A stretch of 64,000 nt of DNA from Pavona decussata (taxonomy: Eukaryota), in assembly GCA_977016875.1 (NCBI GenBank), contig CDRNST010000051.1, positions 5,456,001-5,520,000 of the forward strand, written 5' to 3'. The notes beneath the pieces are model-generated. The model was given only the letters and a program-made list of their open reading frames with translations. It did no database searches and was not told the origin of the DNA. Below are positions 23,606-36,747 of the stretch, in pieces. Position 1 is the first letter of the stretch; every line of letters starts with the position of its first letter. The position numbers were made by a program, and so were the translations under genes.

Positions 23606-24844
23606 TGTAAATCGCTTCCAAGAAGCTGTTTAATATCCTGAAAATAGGAAAAAAATCTGTGAGTTTTGTAAAGTTATCGAGTAGAGGTATTGAACAATAC
23701 AAGACAAAGAAATCGACCTTGTTGTAATGAATAAGACTATCTATGAGTTTAGTCTTGAAGACAAATACACTAGATTTCAAAATTAGTACTACATACCATG
23801 GGAAATATCAACGCCATCATTTGATCCACTGCGAGACAAAGTTGATCACTTGGTATCTCGTTGTGCCAGATACAATTTTCAAATTCGTTCAAAATAGTAT
23901 CAACATCCATGATTACTACTGAAACTCACAATTTGTGAATGATGCACTTGGTCGCTATTGCTGACAAACAAGGAATAGTTATTTGTTGCAAATAACCGGG
24001 TATATCAGGCTGATGACTTTGTTACTTCTTGCTTCCTTTGTTGCCACTTTGTATCCGACGTCTTGCAAAAAGTAAGGTTGCAATGAAAAATAAATTATGT
24101 TTTCTTTTTTACCTGCTTTTGAATGTTGCATTGGAATTCAGCACCTTATAAGTTTAACATAATAAGTTATATTAAAATTGCTATCTTACCGTCGTCTGCA
24201 TCCACAATAAAATGTGTAGTAGGATGTTAATAGTCAAATTACCGTCATGAGGCCACTGGCAGCAGTCTATAAAGGCTGCTGCCTTAGTGTGGTAGTTTGC
24301 CAAAGTGCCAGTAACGTGTGTCTTAAGTTTCCATGCATGATCGTCAACCTTAAAAATAAAACATTTGGACATAAATGAGACAAACAAAACAATCCTTGCC
24401 TGTTCTTTGCAATGTTTCCCCAACTTTTCCCATTGTTTTCAGTTTCTCCAGTTAGTGGAGGATGTGTATTCAGATTTCATTTACCTTGGTCGTTGTGGTG
24501 AAATGTGGCAGATTAGGCTTTCCTTGGTCCATTCCATCCAATGTTATCGAGAGATACTCATCAGGTTGACTTTTTGCTTTGAGCCTGTGCTTATAATATT
24601 TCTTTCTTTCAGCCCTATTTGTTTAAGAATTGAAAAACATATTTTACTTTATAAATGTTATGTGTCAGTTACCGATTTTTTAGCAGTATAAGATGCTAAT
24701 TACGATATGTCAGCGCATTAGAGTGATGTTTATGTATCTATCATTAAGTTTGTTTCCCTTTGCCTAAATTAGTTTGACCCTAATGAGACTGATACTACCG
24801 CATTGAAACTTCGGGGACGTTTTTTTGGGACATGTCTTTCGGCT

Positions 24845-25175
24845 GTCAACTCAATTATCAGAGCCATGTTGAGAACAGATATAAACGATCGCTGCCAACT
24901 ATGCTTGTCATCCTCATTGGACCTTTTCTCAAAAGAATGCCAGGATATGAAAACGATGTTTCTAAAACTGATATCACTTGAGAACCTTATTGATTCTATT
25001 TTCAAGTGATTTCAGGCTTCCCAAGGCTAGAACCAAAACCGAATTGAGCCAGTCGACAGCCCTGTTCGAATCATCTTGCTATGATTCAAAGATCATAAAT
25101 CCGCCAACTCCGTGGGCAGACAACTAAGCGACCTTGGAAAGGAAATGGATCGCGTACTACAACCAATTTATTCGG
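24845..25175 (+). mobile_element. Penelope-like RT C-terminal/linker fragment inside a Sola intron
   Basis: Decayed (H)YQSHVENRYKRSL...LSSSLDLFSKECQDMKTMFLKL...LIDS...PVRIILL*FKDHKSANSVGRQLSDLGKEMDRVLQPIY. Confidence 0.65.
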
Positions 25176-27561
25176 ATTCTTCACACCCGCCATTTTACTT
25201 AATGTTTTTGAAGATATCAAAATTCGCAGAAAATGGTAAAAGCTGGTTCCAAAAACTAAAAGCCCTGAGCACTCCACACAATTGGATTAAGCGTTAGTAC
25301 GCCTCAAAAGCTAACCCACCAGTTAAATAAATATAAACGACCACAAAGTCACTTACAGTTAAACGAATGCGAAAGTATGAAACATATTTTTCTCCTCTTC
25401 CATCACTTACAGTTGTTGGGTAAGATGAATTTTCCTTATTAAAGCTAACTCTCTTCTGGCTTCCCCTCGCATATTTTCCTTTGTCAATTCTTCTTTTACG
25501 TGCACACAAATGGCAAATTTTGTAAACCGGCTTTGCTGTTAATGCATTAAACATAGCAAAATGTCAACTAAATGGTCCTCATGCATACACTTGCTAAACT
25601 CAGTGAACTAAGTGCACACCACTAATAGTAGCAGTGGAAAATAGTTAATAACGGAAAATATCAATGGGAAGGTGTACATAGACCGTCCGAGGCAGCCAAC
25701 AGTTGTTTTCTGCGTTTATCTGTTAGGAAGGTCGCCATTGCCTTTGAACCAACAACGGGAATGATCTGCTGTTTTGTTCAGCAAGGGATATTTATCACCT
25801 GATTTTTCTCTGTATTGGCTTACCAAACATAAAAATGCTGTAGTACGTGTTACATGGACCATTAATAAGGATTTTCTTATGCAGTGTAAAATTTTAAATA
25901 ACAGAAACTCATTTATTGTTTTTAATAGTTTCGAGGTGTCTAAAAAATACGGACGAAGTAATATTTCTAGTCATATAAAATAGCCATTAATGCTGTTAAA
26001 AGCTGACTAGACTAAGCAACTGTTCCAACCTTTGGAATTATGACGTCCGGAAACTCTTCCTTCCACATACTGTAAAGGAACGTCGACTTTGCGAGAAAGC
26101 GCTTGTTGTTGTTGTCCATCTCCTCCTTGTATAATTCATACACTGCAGTCTTGGTAAGGCAAGCTAGCAGGTGACGCATGCCGTTGGTTGGCATGCTGAC
26201 CGTGTTCATAACGAACTTGTTCATCCAACCAATGGCAAAGTCAAAGGCAGCACTTCTCGATCTTCCACTTTTTTCCAACTCCTCTGGGATATCTTTGGCT
26301 ACCTCGTAATGGCTGTTTGTTTAAAGAAAAATCCAATTCAACAAAGGAATATCTAATATTAATGTTTAATTAAAGAAATGGTTAATGTCGATTATAAATC
26401 TTTCATGATTATAATCTCACTCGAAGATGTAAGCCCAATAGGAAATCAATCATCAACAAAGAACGTACCAAGTTCTTGAAACACCATACACTTTGCACCA
26501 TCCATTGACGCATAAGTTTACGCCTTCTATACTGTGGCGTTTTTCGCAGGGTCCACATCCACTAATGCGAATACCGGTAACCAAGACCTTTAAATAAATA
26601 ATTAAACCACAAATTAATAACAACGGCAAAACCCCGCGAAATAGAACCTATTTTTTTAAGAACCTGTAAGCCCTTGTACCCTTTTTTTCTCGCACCACTG
26701 TAAACCATTTTTAATTTCAGTTTGTGTTATTTCCCTTTTTTCCGCAAAACGCATGAAGAAACTTATACATTGTAAAAATTGATGGTTGTTAAGAAAACGG
26801 AAAACTACTTGGTTTATTTGTGTTCCGTGTTACCTCACAAAGCGCGCTCTTGCATAAAGTTTGAATTCAATTGGACTGATTTATCGGTACCTTGCTTGCA
26901 GAAATGCTGTTCTTTAAAAAATTCTTTCTGGCACTTGGGTCTTTTCCCCAGTAATACTCCCTTTGCTTCACAATGAAGTTTATAGGCAGCTGGCGAATGC
27001 AGTTATACTTGCAGCAGGAATCCTCCCAATCACGTACTATGTCCATAGCGTCAGTTTTCTTGGATAGTTTTCATGTAACAAGTATACAGGTTTGCGTTCA
27101 ACAAGATACTATATAGCTGATGATTCAGGTACTACTTGTGTACACTCAAAAAAAAGGTATGAGCGGGAATTAACAGCGAAATTCTTTTTGATGCTTGCAA
27201 ACGTTTTGCCCATTCAAACCTTTTCAGTAAAATCAACAGTTGCGCACTTATAGGGTTAGAATGTCCAAAAAATATTCCATCACATTTCTTCCATTGAGCA
27301 TATTCCAGTAATTTAAAAAACCAGTAATTTAAGATAAAGGGTGGCTGCAGGGGAATGTATAGAGCCATAATACTCACTGCTCCTCGTTTGCATTGTCTTT
27401 TTCCCATCCTGAAGAAAACCAGAGAACAACTGAGCTAAATTATCAATTCAATCTTAACCATGCCAATTGACCACTAGATTACTGTTCAATTAGTCTTTTT
27501 TTTTTTTTTGGGGGGGGGGGGGGTATAATCTTCGCTTATAAAACAAATCACTCCACTAATA

Positions 27562-28540
27562 AACGCTTAATAAACAAAAATGACAGCAAAAGATGACTTG
27601 CTTATAAACTATTGCGCACTTTCGCTTAATACACAAACATTGCAGCGGAAGATGACTTGCGTATAAACTGTTGCACACTTTCTCTTAATAATAAACAAAA
27701 ATGACAACAAAAGATGACTTGCGTTTAAACTATGGCTCACTTTCGCTTAATAAATGAACACTGCAGCGAAAGATGACTTGCGTATAAATTGTGGCGCACT
27801 TTCGCTTAATAGACAAAAAATGATAGCAAAATATGACTTGCTTATAAACTATCGCGCACTTTCGCTTAATAAAGGAACATTGCAGCAAAAGATGACTTGC
27901 TTATAAACTGTCGCGCACTTTCACTTCCTAAACAAAAAATAACAGCGAAAGGTGACTTGCATATAAACTATTGCACACTTTCGCTTAATCAACAAACATT
28001 GCAGTGAATAAATAAATATTAATAATAAAACAAAAACTGACAGTGAAAGATGACTTGCGTATAAACTATGATGCACCTTCGCTTAATAAACAAAAACTGA
28101 CAGTGAAAGATGACTTGCGTATAAACTGTCGCGCACTTTCGCTAAATAAACAAAAATGACAGCGAAAGATGGCCTGCGTATAAACTATGACGCACCTTCA
28201 CTTAATAAACAAAAACTGACAGTGAAAGATGACTTGCGTATGAACTGTCACGCACTTTCGCTTAATAAACAAAAATGACAGCAAAAGATGGCCTACATAT
28301 AAACTATGGTGCACTTTCGCTTAATAAACGGACATTACAGGAAAAGATGACTTGCGTATAAAGTATCACGTACTTTCGCTTCACAAATAAAAAAGGCAGT
28401 GAAAGATAGCCTACGTATAAACTGTGGTGCACTTTCGCTTAATAAACGAACATTGCAGCAAAAGATGACTTGCGTATAGAGTATCACGTACTTTCGCTTC
28501 ACAAATAAAAAAGGCAGTGAAAGATGACTTGCGTAGAAAC
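27562..28540. repeat. ~59-bp minisatellite (about 16 units) with alternating A/B variants, in intron 2 of the Sola-like gene
   Basis: Unit TTCGCTTAATAAAC[AAAAATGAC or GAACATTGC]AGC(G/A)AAAGATGACTTGCGTATAAACT(A/G)TNGCGCACT, head to tail with no unique spacers. Confidence 0.95.
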
Positions 28541-29246
28541 TTATCTAACAAACAAACTATTACAGATTACCTTAACTTCTTTTGACATTCTTTCTTTACA
28601 GAAATCTGCGTGCGCAGTTGTCTCTTCCATTTCGAAAGAGTTTGTTGAATCTTCATGGTTGTTCTAAAAGAAAGCGGATTTTGATTAAGGAAAACATTAC
28701 TTCTGCCTTAGGGTTTGATAGTTGAATGACAGAAAAATTTGTTTTCTCACCTTGTTTTCCTTTTCCTCCAGTTCTACCAGCTTTCTTGTGGCGTTATCAA
28801 GTTTGCTGGTGTGTGGGTTTGCTACCCATTCATACTCCTCTGCCTATCAATGGAATTTTGCTTTCAATGTTTCGCTCGTTTTTTTTTGTAATGTGGGGGA
28901 AATAATACGAATTTTAGACACCTCTTGTACATTGCCATCTTCGCAAAGTTTGAATTCAGTGTTCATACTTCAAAATTTTACACACAGTTCTTTAGATCAG
29001 AAAATCAGACCTTCAAAGCACTGAAATGCGGGAAAAAGTGAAAACCAGCACCAATGCAGCAAGACCTCTGGGCTGGGCTAATCAATGTCAAAATCCAGTG
29101 AATCGAAATCTGATTGGCTACTTCTACTTTTAGCGTTTGTTGAGTGTGCGCAGTACTATGACCTAGTTTCAATCTGGCTCAGGAAACCTGATTGGCCACT
29201 TCTACCACTCCTTCAGGGTTTCGGGGAGTCTGTCAATGACAAAAAA

Positions 29247-29561
29247 ATGGAGTTCGCAACAGATTTCGACGATGGAATCGTGAACAACAATGAAGAAGAC
29301 CTTGTAGTGGATAGTGGAAGTGGTCGTCAAAAAGGACGAAGAGCGGGAGAATTATCGGGGCGGCAAATGGTGCTCAAGAAGCTCGAAAAGGAAGAGAAAG
29401 AATTTTGGCATTGCCGATTTCCACCCTCTTTCGGCGTGGCAGTGGTAACGCTGCGAAGAGTGCTATTGGAGTTTACAGATGGTTGCGAGGAAAACATCAA
29501 TAAAGAGACAGCTTCCGCCATGCAAATTTATCTCACAAGAAAGTTGGGATTCACTGTTTCG
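29247..29561 (+). CDS. First exon of an unknown gene divergent from the Sola-like transposase
   Basis: AAAATGG start, 105 open codons (MEFATDFDDG...EFWHCRFPPSFGVAVVTLRRVLLEF...GFTVS), ending at a phase-0 GTAAGC donor. Two CTGATTGG (CCAAT) boxes lie upstream at ~29110 and ~29188. The downstream part is interrupted by the Sola3 element. Confidence 0.5.
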
Positions 29562-29673
29562 GTAAGCTTACCTTTTACAGTAGTATATTAGTGGATGACA
29601 CTTAACCTTTACTTTGTCCTTTATAGAATCTCTTTCTTTTGCACAGGTTATCATTTAGACTGAACATAGTTAA

Positions 29674-32600
29674 GAGCCAAATTCCGAGAAAATCGAAAGA
29701 CACTCAGGAAAAATTGGATTTTTTTTTTTTATTGGCCAAAACATCCCTTAGGGTCAACCAACTTGAGAAAAAATATCGAAAAATTCCAACACTTTATCTC
29801 ACGGGAGAAATTTTAAAAAGTTTGAAAATTGGGTAAAATGGCAACATTGGGCTATTGTCGCCGAACTTCAGGGAGACAGCGAGCGCGTAAAGAAGGTCCT
29901 ATAAAAACGAAACATGGCACAAATATTAATTTATGTTTGCTCGTTAAAACCATGTAATAGTTTTCTCAAGTTTTTGTCTGTCGCCGTTACAATCGGCATA
30001 TTTATACGGTCACTATTTGTGACTCCCATTGCGCGATAAATTGAAGGCCAACTTTGGCTGCAATAAATAGTTTCTGGTATATGTCGTTTGATCATCAAAT
30101 CTACATGAAAGGAAAGCTTAGTCATTGACCTTTAATCCTGGAAAGTTACAGCTTTGGAAATAAAGATTTCTGGTGTCAGTAAAATAAACTGTCCTGGCAT
30201 ATAAGCAGCTAAAATTGTATGCAAATTTGGAATCGATTTTTTAATTGCTTTTTAATTGGGAATCTCGGGAATCCCATTTGGCACGTTTTCCACGATATTT
30301 GTACAAGAACCTGATGCCGCACAATTGTAACCAATGCAATTTTACATTGTTTGTGCCAAAAAGTCCCCCCCCCCCACCCCCGCAAAATATGTTTTTCCAA
30401 AACGTTTACTCTTTCCCCCTCGGGTGAACATATCAAAGCAACTATTTTTTTCCCATGCTTGAAAGAAATAAGTAACAATACTAAATTAAAGTTCACATGT
30501 TTCTTGATAGTGTAGTTACGGAGTGGTTTCGCAACTGCAACTGGCCACGCCCTTGTGAAGAAGTTCAAGGTACAATGCCTTGCGACGAATGGGTTTCTGA
30601 GGCACCTCCAATCTCAGTTCCTTACAGATGTTTTGCAGCATTGCAAGCTTCAATCTCTCCAGCGATCCATCCTTCATTGCACAAATATCGTACTGATCGT
30701 ACGTGATGGGGTGCTGTAGGGTGATGGAGGTGACTACTTCTCTTGCCCATGCAAAGTTCTCTTCCTCTTGACAGGCCTGTATGTTAGCGTCGTCAGGAAT
30801 TTGCTGGCTCCCCTTCGCAGCTAGGCGGGAGAAGTATGATGTAATCTGCTGCGGTGTCAGGAACTCAGATACTTTGAACAGACACACCGTCGGTTCCTAG
30901 TGCACGCCTCATTTCACGGAAACAACATCCCCGTCCAATTTTTTACTTGGGATCAAGGTAGGCTTTCTGAGTGTTATTAAATCGATAGGGCTTTTTGGCG
31001 CATTATAGAGCCCATCCTTCTTTGATATACACGTCGTCTAAAGCCCCCTCTGTAACTGGAGCAGTGATGGTGATGTGCCTTGCACCCTCTTCTAATTGGG
31101 CCTTGTAGCCTAATTTAGCAAGGTCTAACAAAGACCTCTTCTCTAAAGATTGCGTGCATTTTTTCTAAAGACAGGTGTTTCTCTAGGGAAGATAGTCTTT
31201 GAAAGACCTTCACACACCCATCTTGAGGGCAAGAGAAAACGGATGTTGCCTCTTTAGTGGTTCCTTGGACGTTTTCCGGTAACACCTCCGCCTTCTTTTT
31301 CTTCTCTGCGCGCTTTGTACCCACGGATTTAAAGCCACCTGGTGAGATCGTTGACGTAAGCCAGCTGTAGCTAGGTTCTAGATCTGAAATGGGAGCAATG
31401 AAGATTAAACTAAGAGCACCATTGGACATGGTTTTCACATGCTTCTGTGTCGCTAGGTTTGGAGTCATAATATCTAGGCCTCATTTGGCTTTACTATAGA
31501 TATGCGGGCGCACCAGTCGACAATGTTGTGGAAAGAGAAAAAGGAAAAAAGACACAGTTTGGGCTTGCACGCCCCTCTACAGAAGCATCCAATTTCCTCG
31601 CGCCTAAGAGAGTATACTCCTTCCCCTCAATCAACAGGGTTTCCTATCCCCATCAACTTCACTGCATGTAATAAGGTAACTTGATACTATGAATAAAAGG
31701 AATGAATTGGTAGAAGTCTGTTGTGCAATGCAGCTTTACTCTACTTTTCCACTGAAGGTTCCCAGACGATCATGAAAGACATCTAAAGACAAACTGCATG
31801 AACCAGTTGCACGTATTTACCGGGTAAAGAGGTCTCCAATGTGATCTCTTTACCACTCCCAATGCCGTACGCACGCCAGGCTGTGGTGCTGGTCCTGTCA
31901 GCGCCAAATACGAAGTTGTTTAGCTTGCTGATGGCTGGTATCTTTCGGCTATTATCCACTACAGGTACCTTCCGAATGGTGTCCATGGAAACTACCTGCA
32001 CCCCATCTATTCCTCCATGCGAGAGCAGAGCACCTTCCAGCTCGTGCGCTGTCGTCACATCATTTTCCTCGTTAATGTGGTTCCGGACGTGGGCTTTACA
32101 GGTTGCCGCCAACCTGTCAGCAGCACCTTTTCCCCCTTGTGGGTCAGAGAAGTCAATACGCTGGATGTGGACTCCAGTGGTGGCTGCTACCACTGGGAAA
32201 GATAGAATAGTGGCAGATGAGTGGTAGCAACCGGCGTTGTCCCGTCTCCAAACAGTACTGGGTGTATTGTTGAACCACTCTCTGGGGGATCATCAGGCGT
32301 ATCACATTGGGTACCTCGATCTTATCACCTGACGATAGCTTCAGATTTTTCAGCCCGAATGGTAGATCTTGTACTAGATGGGGACTGGTTATAAAGCCCA
32401 GAAAGTGGTCCAATTGGCCGAATTCCACTCGAATTCGCATAATGGGTTGTTTTTGTACTTGGGCTGCCCTTCCAAACTGCCGCTGATGTAGGTTGGCCAT
32501 AGTGAAGCGTTACCTCGTCAAACCCGGAATGTACCAAGATATGTCAGTGAAGCTTCCAACACCAGCCATAATAGAAAGAATTTGCCTGGTTGTGTCCCAG

Positions 32601-35600
32601 CTGGCTGCGTTGTCGTAGGCTTCCGCTGACGCTTCTAAGTACACTTGGTCGGAATGTGGGAGCTCCTCAACGCCCAGTGCTTTATTCATGGCGGTAGAAG
32701 ACGCTAAGCGTTGCCACAAACTTCCGGCACTGTCGAGGGGAACAGTCTTCAGCACGGCTAATACTACTTCACTGGCTTTCTTGGTTTGGCGTAACCTAGT
32801 TTTTTCAGATGCCTCGATCCAGTTGACCCATGGTTTGCCAAGTGGTTCCAGTTTACGGGAAATCAAAAACTCATTCAATTTCCCACGAAGTTCAGTTACA
32901 GGAGCAGACTCATCGCTAGTGGATGCAGTGCTTGCAGTGTCTGGCGATAAGAACGTTTCATCGGCTTCACAGATTACAACCTGGCCAAATGTTTCCGAAA
33001 AGTCATCCAAAGAGTGACCATTATCACTTTCCTCAGGAGATGGCAGCTTTTCACTCTATAAAATAATAAAGTTCTCCATTTAATATTCGAAATAATAAAC
33101 GGCAAATTCAACATGGCCAACGTTGTTTATTCAATTCATCGTCGTCGTTATCGTCATTGTCGTGTCTTAAGTCAATTTGGTGTGACGTCATGTTAATAAA
33201 CTTTAACAGCCTAGGTCTTCAACGAAGTGTCGGCTGGGTTAAAAAACTATTGAGTCGTCACATCTGAACCAAAATATATAGATTCAACTGTTTCATCAAG
33301 ACTTAACTGCGTGGAAAGGTACTAAGCTGTAGCAACTTTATCTCTTTACGAGCATTTTACTGCAACTTTATAAAAAATAATCCCTCTTGACTATTAGTTT
33401 TACTTACTTGTGGAGCAGTTTCCTTGCATGGTTCGACAACTTGTATATTTGGAACATCAACGACTGCTGCTCTTGGCTGCCAATGGCGTCGTCTATGTAT
33501 TGCTTACATATACGGCATATCGCTATTAACCAAAATAATTTCCCACTCAAACTTCAATCCCGCCGCCCAATTAATTAGGTCCTTCTATAAACGCTTATTC
33601 TTAGGCCATCATGCATGCTCTGAAAAGGAAGGGAAAGGAGATTCTCGCTTCACGCACGTCCACGCGAGCAGCGCAAATGTCCCCTTTCCCTCCTTTTTTG
33701 GGACCGGCCACGAGGGACTTAGACTACAAGCTGTCTCTCATATTTCTAACAGATATTAGTATAAATCTACTGGTATTCTATCACGAATGCTGCAATCTGA
33801 TTGGCTACTCTACTCACTATCTATTTTTGTGATAGATAATGATTAGAGAAAAGGTGATCGACGTGCACAGTTTAACCCTCAAAATAACAATGTAATCAAG
33901 TAAAAGTCGCTTCCCGCGGGGAGATGAGCCCGCGAGAGAAAAACGAAAAATGAGAGTTCAACCAACTTGAAACCTTGATACATCAATGCAGATACAAACG
34001 TGAATACCCGGAACTTACGAGATCCAACTTGAACTCGCTTTCCTGTAGATCTCAACGGGAAAGCAGCTTCATTGCTTCCCAATCCTAGGTCTCCTTTGGC
34101 TGACGTTTTTTTGTTTACAGCTGTTTCGGCAGGAACACTGCATCTTACTTTCGCACATCTTCAGCTTATACCATATTCAGCTCTATGGCGAGGGCATATT
34201 GTCATCGACGCCTGCGTTTCATCTGCTGTGAAAATGCCTAAATACCAAAAAACAATCAAAAAATTGTGAATTATAAACAGTAGCCAAAAAAAAAAACCAC
34301 TCCAATGAGTACACGAACTTGGGGCGCGGCCATCGATTTGCTGTCGAAGTGTGAAAGAGTGTTTTCCTATGTAAAATTGTTACAAAGATGTGAATGATCA
34401 AATTCATCAACACAAATTATCGTACCGCCCTATCAGCGAAGCTTCAATTTAACCCTGCTCTTTTCTCTAATCGATAACACCCATTCCATCTCTCCTACTG
34501 CGATGCGGGCCTCTCTCCCTCTGATCCATCCTCACTCTGCTGCATAGTAGTTTACATCAACCAACCCCACAGAGTAGGGTACAAGAGCAACGCGCAGAGT
34601 GCAAACTTTGGAAGGAAAATGCAACCGTGTGCGCGGCTCTCGCTCTTACGTGCCAATCAATTTACTTCGACTTCAGCATCCCCCGAGCCCGAGCCGAGAA
34701 TCCCCCCCTACCCTCGAATGTGTTCCCCGAATCTATCTCGTAAGGCGCGTTTTGTCTGTCTGATGTATTCTGCTGTGAAAGGAAGAAAAAAAGAACGAAG
34801 TTGCATTTATCATGCATGGTGAGAAACCAAGTGTATTTCCACCCTAATGGCAATTTGTCGCGCGGGAATTGTCCACCCCTGAGACATGGCGCGGCTTTCC
34901 CCATCATATTTTCCCACCTCTAAGCACCCCTCACAGTCAATTCTTCATCGTCAATCTCGCGCTTCATGCGACCAAAGAAATTCTCGCTAGGTGCTAGCCG
35001 GGTTCTTATTTTTCCACTCTACGCCCATTGTGAGGCCAGTCGAGCCAGCAAAGCAATTAAATTAAGGAACAGAATCGTAAAACACGGCAACGTCAGAAAT
35101 AGAAGGTTTTTGAGATCTTTGTGACTACGCTATCATATGTCCTCTATGGCCCTCAATAGGGTCCCATAGCTGAACTCCCAGAAGTAGGCAGTTATAGGCT
35201 ACAAAGTCATCGGTTACCTGCTCGGGCTAACAGCAACTTGCATTCGCTGTCAAGGGCTTTATCGCCACTCAGCTTGTTTTGTTCCAAATGTCTTGAAACG
35301 TCTCTTTCACATTGTTTCAGGGAAATCACTTCTGTCTGCCCTGGATAATTACTGCTCAATCCGCAGGCTGTTCAATGCGCCCTCCAGTAGGGAGGAAAAA
35401 CTGCACGATGGCGAAGCCATAGAGAATAGCAGACAGAAAAAATCCTTCTAGCCCTGAGCGTGGCTGGAGGTTTTATTAGTATCTTTCGTAACTCATAATT
35501 CGATTAGCAGTAAAATTACCACAGCACGTGCAAATAAAAGAATTGTGAAATTCCGTCTGACACAAGATCTCGGTTACGCTGATGATGTTTTCATTTACCG

Positions 35601-36747
35601 AACGTAGACCTCTTTTTATTTTACTTCTTTTAAATTTCCTCTTATAGGCAAAAACATAATAAGGATGGTGAGATACATTTATTTCGCTGCAACATTTCCA
35701 CAACATACAGCCGCTCGCGCTGACCCAAAATTCGCAACCTCATGTGATTACGTGACTTCTATAATTATTCAACATTCTTGAATGACGTCTTGTGGGTCAC
35801 TTGAAGGGGTCATTCCTGTTGCTTATTACAACTGGTTGATGATTGATATCTTTTCTCATATGTGCCATAAGAAGTTGAAATTGAATTGAAACCAGTGTTT
35901 TCCAGCGCATTGGTGTTTGTATCATTCTCAAACAAGGTGATATTATATTTATCATAAACTGCTGTACGTCGTCCGCCATGGGAATGTCCCCAGGTTCAGT
36001 TGAATTCACAGATTTCTATGTTGTCAAAATACCGTTTAATCTCTGATTTAGCCGTCCTTATTCACGATCAACACACCACTTATGAAAGGAGAAAGTCACT
36101 CAAGGACAGACGATAACGGTAAGTCGTTCATTTCGGGTTAAATGAAATCCTTTGTCTTTGAGGAATCAACTCCCAATTTGCATACAATTAATAGCCGCTT
36201 GTATGCCATGACAGTTTATTTTACTGACACGGGAAATTTTTATTTCCAAAGCTGTAACTTTCTAGGATTATAGTACAATGACTAAGCTTTCTGTTCATGT
36301 AGATTTGATGGTCAAACGACATATACCAGAAACCATTTATTGCAGCCAAAGTTGGCCTTCAATTTATCACGCAATGAGAGCCACAAATAGTGACCGTATA
36401 AATATGCTGATTGTAACGGCCACAGACCAAAACATGAGAAAACTATTACATGGTTTTAACGAGCAAACATAAATTAATATTTGTGCCATGTTTCGTTTTT
36501 ATAGGATCTTCTTTACGCGCTCACCGTCTCCCTGAAGTTCGGCGAGAATACGGGCCTTTTATAGAGCCCAATGTCGCCATTTTACCCGATTTTCAAACTT
36601 TTTAAAATTTCTCCTTTTATATAAAGCGTTGGAATTTTTCGATATTTTTTCTCAAGTTGGTTGTTAAGGGATATTATGGCCATTTAAAAAAAAAATCCAA
36701 TTTTTCGTGAGTGTCTTTCAATTTTCGATTTTCTCAGAATTTGGCTC
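29674..36747 (-). mobile_element. Sola3 DNA transposon with both ends, ~560-bp TIRs and TTAA target-site duplication; internally deleted
   Basis: TTAA(29670-73)|GAGCCAAATTC ... GAATTTGGCTC|TTAA(36748-51). TIRs ~29674-30236 and ~36165-36747. Encloses a Sola3-type transposase. Confidence 0.9.
30516..35420 (-). pseudogene. Sola3 transposase, multi-exon, with internal deletion
   Basis: Exon 1 (35420-35218): MASPSCSFSSLL...KLLLARA. Later exons: ICRIC; WDTTRQILSIMA...LDHFLGFITSPHLVQDLPFG...PNVIR...YCLET fused at ~32242 to DNAGCYH...RIDFSDPQGGKGAADRLAATCK; C-terminal FSCPQDGCVKVF...H and FLTPQQITSYFSRLA. Confidence 0.88.

Larger units (their letters stand above)
24190..28966 (-). mobile_element. 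Sola-superfamily-like transposase gene (DGMDQ type), about 9 exons, 3'-truncated pseudogene
   Basis: GT-AG exons join as MNTEFKLCED... / NNHEDS...EVK / DGKKTMQTRS / IPESS...SCCKYNC...SK / VLVTG...LCVNGWCKVYGVS / ...MPTNGMRHL...MWKEEFPDVIIPK / QSRFTKFAICVHVKEEL...H / AERKKYYKHR...YLSITLDGMDQGKPNLPH / WKLKTHVTG...PHDGNLTINILL. The downstream DN and GHT motifs are missing. Confidence 0.75.

Noticed and set aside
23770-24100. Short minus-strand coding-like stretch upstream of the PolB gene (MDVDTILNEFENCIWH...)
   Set aside because: Too short and decayed to assign as a Maverick gene or a Sola exon.
27562-28540. CRISPR-like array
   Set aside because: Units are contiguous with no unique spacers, there are no cas genes, and the context is a eukaryotic intron.
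29931-36472. Duplicated small ORFs 29931..30125 and 36278..36472
   Set aside because: Mirror translations of the Sola3 TIRs, not genes.
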